64,000 bases of DNA from the human T2T-CHM13v2.0 reference genome, Homo sapiens. Below the pieces are notes generated by a model. That model searched no databases, was not told the origin of the DNA, and worked only from the letters and a program-made list of their open reading frames with translations. The position numbers were made by a program, and so were the translations under genes. The DNA is taken from assembly GCF_009914755.1 (NCBI RefSeq), contig NC_060935.1; one strand, 5' to 3'. Numbering within the stretch: position 1 is the first letter of the stretch; each line of letters starts with the position of its first letter. Of this stretch, positions 15,894 through 27,732 are shown piece after piece.

Positions 15894-17894
15894 GCCCCCT
15901 CACTGGACTCCTGTACAAAATCTGTGGTAGCACCAGCATTATCTGAGGATAAAGGTTTGGGCCCTCGGACATCAAAAGGTGAAACAGAGGACAGGAAAAC
16001 CCTTACTGTGCATTCTCCAAAGACTGGCCAGGAACAGTGGGTAGTCCCTGGTCTCTTATCAACCATAAAATAGGGGAAGCATCAGGCTGTTGGTTAATAT
16101 CAGATGAAGTCTTTTGAAAGGGCTGGTTTCTGGTAAGCCCTTAGGGAAGAAAGCCTAGTGGTAATGAGTGAGAAGGGTATAGGGAACTCCTGTTTAGTCA
16201 TGGCTGAAAACTCAGCTTTCAAGGTTACTCTATGGTCCCCTTGGCCAAGAGATTGTCTTTTCAGTCAGTTGGGGGGCTTAGAATTTTCTTTTTGGCTTAC
16301 AGTGTTAAAGTCTAAACTTTCCAGATTGCCTTTACTTTACCTCTTTACCTGTTCATCTCTCATTATGCCTGAAGCAGAACTGACTTTTATACAGTCAGAA
16401 AAAAAGTACCGTGTCAACCTTTCAATCTATCAAGCTCAACGTCACCATTCCACTCTATCAAGATGTGTTTCCTCACCCTCATATTCAAGAAACAAATTCT
16501 GCATTTGAAAGAGCACATAGTTAGGGAAAAAGAGGTTGGTATTTTTTAGAGTTTGCTTTGCCATGCATTTGCTATACTCACCCTGTCTAGTTCAGCACAC
16601 GCTTACCTTAAAATGGACTTTTTGTACAAGGCGGTTCTTATGGTTCTTTCTGCTTTATAATGCTACGAACTTATGAGATATTTTTAGTGAAAATATGCAA
16701 TATAATTGGAAGAAGAGAAAGCACCTACATATTTCAGTTGTCAGGCTCTGTCTATAGAAACATTTTTTAAATTTCTCTGAATATAATTTTTATTTCTTTT
16801 AATTTAGGGTTTCTAATATCAATCATAATATTTACATAAATCTTGGTTGCCAATAATAATAGAAACCTGCTTAACATAGGGAGAAAGGTAATTTATTGGA
16901 GGCATCACAGACAGTTTATTAAGTGAAGAACTGTCAGTAATAAAGGAAAGCTCCCCAGTTGTCAGGGTACTGCAATGATGGTCACACCACCATGGGAAGA
17001 AGATTGTCAGTACTGGGAGCTACCACCAGCCAAGACGCCACAGCCACCATGGATGCTGACGCATCTTTGCTGCTATTACTGAATGCTACTCATGTTTCCT
17101 TATACTACTGGCTCCACTTCAAAGTGGCAGTAAGAAATAGCCAATTTGCCAAGCCTAGCTCATGCGCCTACAGCGTTACTACAGAGCATGAGGAAAGAAA
17201 ATATTTGAACTTGCGTATTTTTTAGTGGTAGGCTATGTTGTTATAAAGTCTCTCATATGGAGAGCACGCAAAATATGTCAACTTTGCACTATAATGTTAA
17301 AAGAATACACAATTCCAGAAGTCATCTGTGATATGTCATGCCAGGCACATAGTAGGTACACAGTTTTTGGCTTCTATATTTAGGAATGGAGCTCCATGGG
17401 CTGGTTACCCCATAACTGGGGTGTTAAAGTACCTGAGTTCACCAAGGATGCTAAAAAGATCGAAAGCATGCAGTGTCTCTTGATTCATAAGAAGCAAAGA
17501 AAGCCAACTGCCTGCACTCAGCAAGGACCAGAGAGAGTTGTGGCTCACTATCTGCAAAAGCTGCAGTTTTTGATATTCCAATCCCCAGTGGGGAATCTGC
17601 CAGGTAATCCTCTTCTCTCCAAAGCCTCTCAGCAGAATCCATGTCAGAGACACTGAGCAGCTGTGGGTCTGAGCTCGCTGGGAAGTGAGGTGAAAGCTCT
17701 GCTTAATTGTTCTTGGTAATTGCCACCTCTAGGGAGCTGGCCTAAAGAAGTTGTTCATTTCCTCCTCTGTTAATACTCTATTTACATCCTTATACAATGC
17801 TTAATGTAAAAGAGATTTCACTCTTCTGGTTGATAGTGATAACTATTGTTGCCCCTCTAAAGTAGAATCTACAATTTTTTTTAGTATATTTGTG

Positions 17895-18060
17895 AAACAC
17901 TTTGATATACATTATCACCTTTCCACCTCATCACATCAGTTGAGAAAAAGAATGCTTGACTGGAAGAAGTAATTAGCACAAGGCTAATCAAAGTGGCAGA
18001 TCAAGAATTGAAACACAAGAGTGTGTGGCCCTATAGTTCCAGTCATTTTCATTACTGCAC
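17895..18060 (-). mobile_element. MIR
   Basis: cactttgatatacattatcacc...gtaattagcacaaggct...aagaattgaaacacaag. Confidence 0.55.
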
Positions 18061-18649
18061 CTCTTTCTAAACCTGCCACAGTGCAGAGCATGTGGCAGTG
18101 ATGCAGTAGTGTCTCTAGACACACAGAGTAAAAGAGGAATTCAGAGATAGGGCATTTCTTGAATAGATGAGTAAAGGTGGGAGAGAGAAGTCCCTGGAGA
18201 TTACTGTATATAACTTTTTCATAAAGTTATCTAAGTACAGGGACCATGATATGGTTTGGTTCCATGTCCCCATGCAAATCTCATCTTGAATGGCACTCCC
18301 ATAATTCCCATATGTTGTGGGAAGGACCCTGTGGGAGATAATTGAATGATGGGGCCAGTATCCCTCATCCCATTCTCATGGTAATGAATAAGTCTCATGA
18401 GATCTGATGGTTTTATTTTTTTTAATTTTATTTATTTGTTTATTTATTATACTTTAAGTTCTAGGGTACATGTGCACAACGTGCAGGTTTGATACATAGC
18501 TATACATATGCCATGTTGGTTTGCTGCACCCATCAATTCATCATTTACATTAGGTATTTCTCCTGATGCTATCCCTCTCCCAGCCCCCCACTCCCTGACA
18601 GACCTCGGTGTGTGATGTTCCCTGCCCGGTGTCCAAATGTTCTCATTGT

Positions 18650-21600
18650 TCAGCTCCCACCTATGAGTGAGAACATGCAGGGTTTGGTTTTCTGTCTTTA
18701 TGATTGTTTGCTAAGAATGATGGTTTCCAGCTTCATCCATGTCCCTGCGAAGGACATGAACTCATCCTTTTTTATGGCTGCATAGTATTCCGTGGTGTAT
18801 ATGTGCCACATTTTCTTAATCCAGTCTATCATTGATGGCCATTTGGGTTGGGTCCAAGTCTTTGCTATTGTGAATAGTGCCGCAATAAACATACATGAGC
18901 ATGTGTCTTTAAAGTAGCATGATTTATAATCCTTTGGGTATATACCCAGTAATGGGATGGCTGGGTCAAATGGTATTTCTAGTTCTAGATCCTTGAAAAA
19001 TCACCACACTGTCTTCTACAATGGTTGAACTAATTTACACTCCCACTAACAGTGTAAAAGTGTTCCTATTTCTCCACATGTTCTTTAGCATCTGTTGTTT
19101 CCTGACTTTTTAATGATCACCATTCTAACTGGCATGAGATGGTATCTCATTGTGGTTTTGATTTGCCTCTGATGACCAGTGATGATGAGCATTTTTTCAT
19201 GTGTCTCTTGGCTGTATAAATGTCTTCTTTTGAGAAGTGTCTGTTCATATCCTTTGCCCACTTTTTGATGGGGTGTTTGTTTTCTTCTTGTAAATTTGAG
19301 TTCTTTGTAGATTCTGGATATTAGCCCTTTGTCAGATGGGTAGGTTGCAAAAATTTTCTCCCATTCTGTAGGTTGCCTGTTAACTCTGATGGTAGTTTCT
19401 TTTGCTGTGCAGAAGCTCTTTAGTTTAATTAGATCCCATTTGTCTATTTTGGCTTTTGTTGCCATTGCTTTTGGTGTTTTAGTCATGAAGTCCTTGCCCA
19501 TGACTATATCATGAATGGTATTGCTTAGGTTTTCTTCTAGGGTTTTTATGGTTTTAGATCTAACATTTAAGTCTTTAATCCATCTTGAATTAATTTTTGT
19601 ATAAGATGTAAGGAAGGGATCCAGTTTCAGCTTTCTACATATGGCTAGCCAGTTTTCCCAGCACCATTTATTAAATAGGGAATCCTTTACCCATTTCTTG
19701 TTTTTGACAGGTTTGTCAAAGATCAGATGGTTGTAGATGTGTGGTGTTATTTCTGAGGCCTGTGTTCTGTTCCATTGGTATATCTATATCTATATCTATA
19801 TCTCTATATCTATATATATCTATATAGATATATAGATATAGATATCTGTTTTGGTACCAGTACCCTGCTGTTTTGGGTACCATAGCCTTGTAGTATAGTT
19901 TGAAGTCTGGTAGCATGCTGCCTCCAGCTTTGTTCTTTTTGCTTGGGATTGTCTTGGCAATGTGAGTTCTTTTTTGGTTCCATATGAACTTTAAACTAGT
20001 TTTTTTTCCAATTCTGTGAAGAAAGTCATTTGTATCTTGATAGGGATGGCATTGAATCTATAAATTACCTTGTGCATTATGGCCATTTTCACCATATTGA
20101 CTCTTCCTATCCATGAGCATGGAATGTTCTCACATTTGTTTGTGTCCTCATTTAATTCATTGAGCAGCAGTTTGTAGTTCTTGAAGAGGTCCTTCACATC
20201 CATTGTAAGTTGGATTCCTAGGTATTTTATTCACTTTGTAGCAATCGTGAATGGGAGGTCACTTATGATTTGCCTCTCTGTATGTCTGTTATTGATGTAT
20301 AGAAATGCTTGTGATTTTTGCACATTGATTTTGTATCCTGAGACTTTGCTGAAGTTGCTTATCAGCTTAAGGAGATTTTGGGCCGAGACGATGGGGTTTT
20401 TTAAACATACAGTCATGTCATCTGCAAACAGGGACAATTTGATCTCCTCTTTTCCTAACTGAATACCCTTTATTTCTTTCTCTTGCCTGATTGCCCTGGC
20501 CAGAACTTCCAACACTATGTTGAATAGGAGTCACAGTGAGAGAGGGCATCCTTGTCGTGTGCCAGTTTTCAAAGGAAATGCTTCCAGTTTTTGCCCATTC
20601 AGTATGATATTGGCTGTGGGTTTGTCAAAAATAGCTCTTATTATTTTGAGATACGTTTCATGAATACCTGGTTTATTGAGAGTTTTTAGTGTGAAGGGAT
20701 GTTAAATTTTGTCGAAGGCCTTTTCTGCATCTATTGAGATAATCAAGTGGTTTTTGTCATTGGTTCTGTTTATGTGATGGATTACATTTATTGATTTGCA
20801 TATGTTGAACCAGCCTTGCATCCTAGGGATGAAGCCGACCTGATCTTGGTGGATAAGCTTTTTGATGTGCTGCTGGATACAGTTTTCCAGTATTTTATTG
20901 AGGATTTTCACATCCATGTTCATCAGGAATATTGGTTTAAAATTCTCTTTTTTTGTTGTGTCTCTGCCAGGCTTTGGTATCAGGATAATCCTGGCCTCAT
21001 AAAATGAGTTACGGAGGATTCCTTCTTTTTCTATTGGTTATAATAGTTTCAGAAGGAATGGTACCAGTTCCTCTTTGTACCTGTGGTAGAATTTGGCTGC
21101 GAATCATCTGGTCCTGGTCTTTTTTTGGTTGGTAGATTATTACTTATTGCCTCAATTTCAGAGCCTGTTATTGTTCTATTCAGAGATTCAACTTCTTCCT
21201 GGTTTAGTCTTGGGAGGGTGTATGTGTCTAGTAATTTATCCATTTCTTCTAGATTTTCTAGTTTATTTGTATAGAGGTGTTTATAGCATTCTCTGATGGT
21301 AGTTCGTATTTCTGTGGGATCAGTGGCGATATCCCCTTTATCATTTTTTATTGTGTCTATTTGATTCTTCTCTCTTTTCTTCTTTATTTGTCTTGCTAGA
21401 AGTTTATCAATTTTGTTGATCATCTCAAAAAACAAGCTCCTGGATTCATTAATTTTTTGAAGGGTTTTTTGTGTCTCTAACTCCTTCAGTTCTGCTCTGA
21501 TCTTTGTTATTTCTTACTTTCTGCTAGCTTTTGAATGTATTTGCTCTTGCTTCATCTAGTTCTTTTAATTGTGATGTTAAGGTGTCAATTTTAGATCTTT

Positions 21601-22529
21601 CCTGCTTTCTCTTGTGGGCATTTAGTACTATAAATTTCCCTCTACACACTGCTTTAAATGTGTCCCAGAGATTCTGGTACATCATGTCTTTGTTCTCATT
21701 GCTTTCAAAGAACATCTTTATTTCTGCCTTCATTTCGTTATTTACCCAGTAGTCATTCAGGAGCAGGTTGTTTAGTTTCCATGTTGTTGTGCGGTTTTGA
21801 GTGAGTTTCTTAATCCTGAGTTCTAATTTGATTGTACTGTGGTCTGAGAGACAGTTTATTGTGATTTCTGTTGTTTTACATTTGCTGAGGAGTGCTTTAC
21901 TTCTAATTATGTGGTCAATTTTAGAATAAGTGTGATGTGGTGCTGAGAAGAATGTATATTCTATTGATTTGGGGTGGAGAGTTCTGTAGATGTCTATTAG
22001 GTCTGCTTGGTGCAGAGCTGAGTTCAAGTCCTGGATATCCTTGTTAACCTTCTGTCTCATTGATCTGTCTAATGTTGACAGTGGGGTGTTAAGTCTCCCA
22101 TTATTACTGTGTGGGAGTCTAAGTCACTTTGTAGGTCTCTGAGGACTTGCTTTATCAATCTGGGTGCTCCTGTTTTGGGTGCATATATATTTAGGATAGT
22201 TAGCTCTTCTTGTTGAATTGATCCCTTTACCATTATGTAATGACCTTCTTTGTCTCTTTTGATCTTTGTTGGTTTAAAGTCTGTTTTATCAGAGACTAGG
22301 ATTGCAACCCCTGCTTTTTTTTTTTTTTCCATTTGCTTGGTAGATCTTCCTCCATCCCTTTATTTTGAGCCTATGTTTGTCTCTGCACATGAGATGGGTC
22401 TCCTGTATACAGCACACTGATGGATCTTGACTCCTTATCCAATTTGCTAGTCTACATCTTTTAATTGGGGTCATTTAGCCCATTGACATTTAAGTTTAAT
22501 ACTGTTATGTGTGAATTTGATCCTGTCAT
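18650..22529 (-). pseudogene. Decayed L1 ORF2 (endonuclease/reverse transcriptase)
   Basis: Fragments [31 protein letters not shown] in several frames; multiple frameshifts and stops. Confidence 0.93.
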
Positions 22530-22592
22530 TATGATGTTAGCTGGTTATTTTGCCCGTTAATTAATGCAGTTTCTTCATAAGATCAATGGTCT

Positions 22593-23614
22593 TTACAATT
22601 TGGCATGTTTTTGCAGTGGCTGGTACCAGTTGTTTCTTTCCATGTTTAGTGCTTCCTTCAGGAGCTCTTGTAAGGCAGGCCTGGTGGTGACAAAGTCTCT
22701 CGGCATTTGCTTGTCTGTAAAGAATTTTCTTTCTCCTTCACTTATGAAGCTTAGTTTGGCTGGATGTGAAATTCTGGGTTGAAAATTATTTTTTTAAGAA
22801 TGGTGAATATTGGCCCCTACTGTCTTCTGGCTTGTAGGGTTTCTGTGGAGAGATCCACTGTTAGTCTGATGGGCTTCCCCTTGTGGGTAACCCGACCTTT
22901 CTCTCTGGCTGCTCTTAATATTTTTTCCTTCATTTCAACCTTGTTGAAGCTGATAATTATGTGTCTTGAAGTTGCTCTTCTCAAGGAGTATCTTTGTGGT
23001 GTTCTCTGTATTTCCTAATTTGAGTGTTGGCCTACCTTGCTAGGTTGGGGAAGTTCTCCTGGATAATATCCTGAAGTGTGTTTTCCAACTTTGTTCCATT
23101 CTCCCAATCACTTTCAGGTACACCTATCAAACATAGATTTGGTCTTTTCACATAGTCCCATATTTCTTGGAGGCTTTGTTTGTTTCTTTTTACTCTTTTT
23201 TCTCTAACCTTGTCTTCTCACTTTATTTCATTAATTTGATCTTCAATCACTGCTACCCTTTCTTATACTTGATCAAATCAGCTATTGAAGCTTGTGCATG
23301 TATCATATACTTCCCATGCCATGGTTTTCACATCCATCAGGTCATTTAAGGTCTTCTCTACACTGTTTATTCTAGTTAGCCATTTGTCTAACCTTTTTCA
23401 AAGTTTTTAGCTTCCTTTTGATGGCTTAAAACATGCTCCTTTAGCTCGGAAAAGTCTGTTATTACCTACCTTCTGAAGCCTACTTCCGTCAACTCATCAA
23501 AGTCATTCTCCATCCAGCTTTGTTCCATTGTGGGCAAGGGGCTGCAATCCTTTGGAGGAGAAGAGAGCTCTGGTGTTTAGAATTTTCAGCTTTTCTGCTC
23601 TGGTTTCTCCCCAT
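22593..23614 (-). pseudogene. Decayed L1 ORF1
   Basis: Starts MGRNQSRKAENSK at 23614; frameshifted shortly after. Confidence 0.88.
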
Positions 23615-23771
23615 CTCTGTGGTTTTATCTACCTTTGGTCTTTGATGTTGGTGACCTACAGATGGAGTTTTGTTGTAGATGTCCTTTTTGTTGAGGTCCA
23701 CTGCAGACCCTGTTTTCCTGGGTATCACCAGTGGAGGCTGCAGAACAACAAATATTGCTGCGTGATCCTTC

Positions 23772-25338
23772 TGTGTCCAGAATTGGTGGGTTCTTGGTCT
23801 CACTGACTTCAAGAATGAAGCCGCGGACTCTCGCGGTGAGTGTTACAGTTCTTAAAGGTGGCATGTCCAGAGTTTGTTCCTTCTGATGTTTGTATGTGTT
23901 TGGAGTTTCTTCTTTATGGTGGGTTTGTGGTTTTGCTGGCTCAGGAGTGAAGCTGCAAACCTTTGCGGTGAGTGTTATAGCTCTTAAGGCGGTGCGTCTG
24001 GGGTCATTCATTCCTCCCAGTGGGTTTGTGGTCTCGCTGGCTTCAGGAGTGAAGCTGCAAACCTTCGCAGTCACTGTTACAGCTCATAAAGGCAGTGTGG
24101 ACCCAAAGAGTGAGCAGTAGTAAGACTTATTGCAAAGAGCGAAAGAACAAAGCTTCCACAGTGTGGAAGGGGACCTGAGCAAGTTGCCACTGCTGGCTCA
24201 GGCAGCCTGCTTTTATTCTCTTATCTGTCCCCACCCACATCCTGCTGATTGGTCCATTTTACAGAGAGCCGATTGGTCTGTTTTACAGAGAGCTGATTGG
24301 TCCCTTTTGACAGGGCGCTGATTGGTGCATTTACAATCCTGAGCTAGACACAAAAGTTCTCCATGTCCCCACTAGATTAGCTAGATACAGAGTGTCAATT
24401 GGTGTATTTACAAACCCTGAGCTAGACACAGAGTGCTGATCGGTGCATTTACAAACCTTAAGCTAGATACAGAGTGCTGATTGGTTCATTCACAGTCCCT
24501 TAACTAGACATAAAGATTCTCCAAGTCCCCACCAGATTAGCTAGATACAGAGTGCCGATTGGTGCATCCACAAACCCTGAGCTAGACACAGGGTGCTGAT
24601 TAGTGTGTTCACAAACCTTGAGCTAGACACAGAGTGCTGATTGGTGCACACACAATCCCTTAGCTAGGCACAAAGGTTCTCCATGTCCCCACTAGACTCA
24701 GGAGCCCAGCTGGACTCACCCATTGGATCTTGCACCAGGGCTGCAGGTGGAGCTGCCTGCCAGTCCCGCGCAGTGTGCCCACATTCCTCAGCCCTTGGGC
24801 GGTCGATGGGACTGGGTGCCATGGAGCAGAGGATGGTGCTCATTGGGGAGGCTCAGGCTGCACAGGAGCCCATAGCTTTGGGGATGGGGAGACTCAGGCA
24901 TGGGGAGCTGCAGGTCCCGAGCCCTGCCCCACAGGGAGGCAGCTAAGGCCCAGCGAGAAATCAAGTGCAGTGCCCTGCTGGGGGACCTGGCGCACCCTCT
25001 GCAGCTGCTGGCCTGGGTGCTAAGCCCCTCACTGCCTGGGGCCAGCAGGGCCAGCTGGCCACTCCAAGTGTGGGGCCCGCCAAGCCCACACCCACCCGGA
25101 ACTCTAGCTGGCCAGCAAGTGCAGTACACAGCCCTGGTTCCCACCCATGCCTCTCCCTCCACACCTCCCTGCAAGCCGAGGGAGCTGGCTCTGACCTTGG
25201 CCAGCCCAGAGAAGGGCTCCCACAGTGCAGCAGCAGGCTGAAGGTCTCCTCAAGCACGGCCAGAGTGGACACTGAGGCCGAGGAGGCACCGAGAGTGAGC
25301 GAGGGCTGCAAGGGCTGCCAGCACACTGTCACCTCTCA
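23772..25338 (-). mobile_element. LTR12C-like (ERV9) solo LTR inside the L1 5'UTR
   Basis: Minus-strand termini tgagaggtgacag ... accaattctggacaca; tandem CCAAT repeats; 4-bp TSD cttc at 23768-23771 and 25339-25342. Confidence 0.95.
24205..24690 (-). promoter_or_regulatory. LTR12 U3 promoter/enhancer: tandem CCAAT (NF-Y) repeats, GATA site, TATA-like AATAAAA
   Basis: At least eight ATTGG in gctgattgg repeats; minus-strand cagataagagaataaaagcaggctgcc at ~24200-24227. Activity not shown by sequence. Confidence 0.7.
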
Positions 25339-26636
25339 CTTCCTCCAGAAGCTTTGTCCCTAAGGGGCACCCACCTATATGAAGTGTCTGTTGGCCACTA
25401 CTGGGAGGTACCTCCCAGTTAGGCTACATGGGGGTCAGGGACCCACTTGAGGAGGCAGTCTGTCTGTTCTCAGAGCTCAAACGCCATGCTGGGAGAATCA
25501 CTGCTCTCTCTAGAGCTGTCAGACAGGGCCGTTTAAGTCTGCAGAAGTTTTCTGCTGCCTTTTGTTCAGCTATGCCCTGCCCACAGAGGTGGAGTCTATC
25601 GAGGCAGTAAGCCTTGCTAAGCTGCAGTGGGCTCTGCCAGTTTGAGCTTCGTGGCAGCTTTATTTATGTACTCGAGCCTCAGCAATGGTGGGCACCCCTC
25701 CCCAAGCTGGGCTGCCACCTCACAGTTCCATCTCAGACTGCTGCGCTAGCAGTGAGCAAGGCTCCATGGGCATGGGACCTGCCAAGCCAGGCACAGGAGA
25801 GAATCTCCTTGTCTGCCAGTTCCTAAGACCTTGGGAAAAGCACAGTATTTGAGTGGAAGTGTCCCGCTTTTCCAGGTACGGCCTGTCATGGCTTCCCTTG
25901 GCTAAGAAAGAAAAATCCCCCGACCCCTTGCACTTCCTGGGTTAGGCAATGCCCTGCCATGCTTCTGCTCACCCTCCGTGGGCTGTACCCACTGCCCAAC
26001 CAGTCCCAGTGAGATGAACCACATACCTCAGTTGGAAATGCAGAAATCACCTGTCTTCTGCGACGATCACACTGGGAGCTGCAGACCAGAGCTGTTCCTG
26101 TTTGGCCATCTTGGAACATACCTCCTGATGGTTTTATTAAGGGGGTTTCCACTTTCACTGCTGCTTCATTCCCTCTTGCTGCTGCCATGTAAGAAGATCC
26201 TTTCTCTTCCACCATGATTGTGAGGCCTCCCTAGCCACACGAAACTGTAAGTCCATTAAATCTATTTTTTTTCCCAGTTTTGGGTATGTCTATCAGCAGC
26301 ATAAAAATGGACTAAAAAAGGCCATCTTTAAAAACATTAGTAATACTCTGAGATTAATATAGTGTGCACAACACAATGTGCATGATTTTTGCTGTAGAGT
26401 TTCATTCTGTTTTTGCTCGTGTTGCTTTTTCATTACTTTTTTTACATAATTTTTTATATTATTTTCAAATGACTTCTAATAATTGTACATATATATGGAA
26501 TAGAGTGATATTTCTATACATGTGTACACTAATGATCAAATTAGGGTAATTAGCATATCTATCATTTAAATATTTATCACTTCTTTGTGTTGTGAACACT
26601 CAAAATCCTCTTTTAACTTTTTGCAAATATACACTA

Positions 26637-26933
<297 letters not shown>

Positions 26934-27276
26934 CTAAATTATTATTGAATATAATCATCGTACAGCACTACAAGACACTAAGATTTATTCCTCCCACTGA
27001 GCTGTAACTTTGTATCTATTAAAAAGCATCTTTCTATGTTTTTTTCCCCCTGAATTTACCAGCCTCGAATAACCACAATTCTTCATTCTACTTCTGTAAG
27101 TTCACCTTTTTTTTTTTCTCAGCTCCCACATAGGAGTGAGAACATGTGGTATTTATCTTACTGAGCCAGATGTACTTCACTTAACATAATGTCCTCCAGG
27201 CTCATTATGTTGCTGTAAATGACAGAATTTCATTGTTTTTTTTTTAAATGGCTGAATACTATTCCATTGTGCATAT

Positions 27277-27732
27277 TGTGAACCCTGAAAATCTGAGTCA
27301 GGTCTCGGTTAATTTAGAAAGTATTTTGCCAAGATTGAGGACCTGCACCTGTGACACAGCCTCAGGAGGTCCTGATGACATGTGCCCAATGTGGTAGGGG
27401 CACAGCTTGGTTTTAAACATTTTAGGAAGACATAAGACATCAATCAATATGTGTAAGATGTACATTGGTTCAGTTGGAAAGGTGAGACAACTCAAGATGA
27501 AGGCGGGATGCCTCTAAGTTGGAAGGGGCTTTCCAGGTCATAGGGAGACATACGGTTTCATTCTTTTGAGTTTCTGATTAGCCTCTCCAAATGAGGCAAT
27601 CAGATATGCATTTATCTCAGTAAGGAGAAGGGTAACTTTGAACAGGAGACATGTTTGCCTTAAGCAATTCCCAGCTTGACTACTCTCTTTAGCTTAGTGA
27701 TTTCGGGGCCCCAAGATTTATTTTCCTTTCAT
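27277..27732 (-). mobile_element. MER4A1-like solo LTR
   Basis: tgtgaaccctgaaaatctgag...gacacagcctcaggaggtcctgatgacatgtgccc...cccaagatttattttcctttca. Confidence 0.88.

Larger units (their letters stand above)
18418..26124 (-). mobile_element. Full-length L1PA6/L1PA7-like LINE-1 (inactive)
   Basis: 5' end ccaagatggcc...aacagctctggtctgcagctcccag on minus strand; ORF1/ORF2 remnants; poly-A; 14-bp TSD ctgatggttttatt at 18404-18417 and 26125-26138. Confidence 0.95.
18247..26320 (+). mobile_element. THE1-family MaLR solo LTR, split by L1 (18247-18417 and 26125-26320)
   Basis: tgatatggtttgg...caaatctcatcttgaa...gagatctgatggtttt; resumes ccaccatgattgtgaggcctccc...aaatggactaa. Confidence 0.9.

Noticed and set aside
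17396-17760. Overlapping short ORFs and a CTCF-like word (tgccacctctagggag) in non-repeat DNA
   Set aside because: No recognisable protein similarity or splice structure; the motif has several mismatches at core CTCF positions.
24240-24690. Regularly spaced repeats superficially like a CRISPR array
   Set aside because: These are LTR12 CCAAT tandem repeats; spacers are not unique and the DNA is eukaryotic.
24683-25363. Cluster of overlapping GC-rich ORFs
   Set aside because: Lies in the GC-rich U3 of LTR12C, where stop codons are rare.
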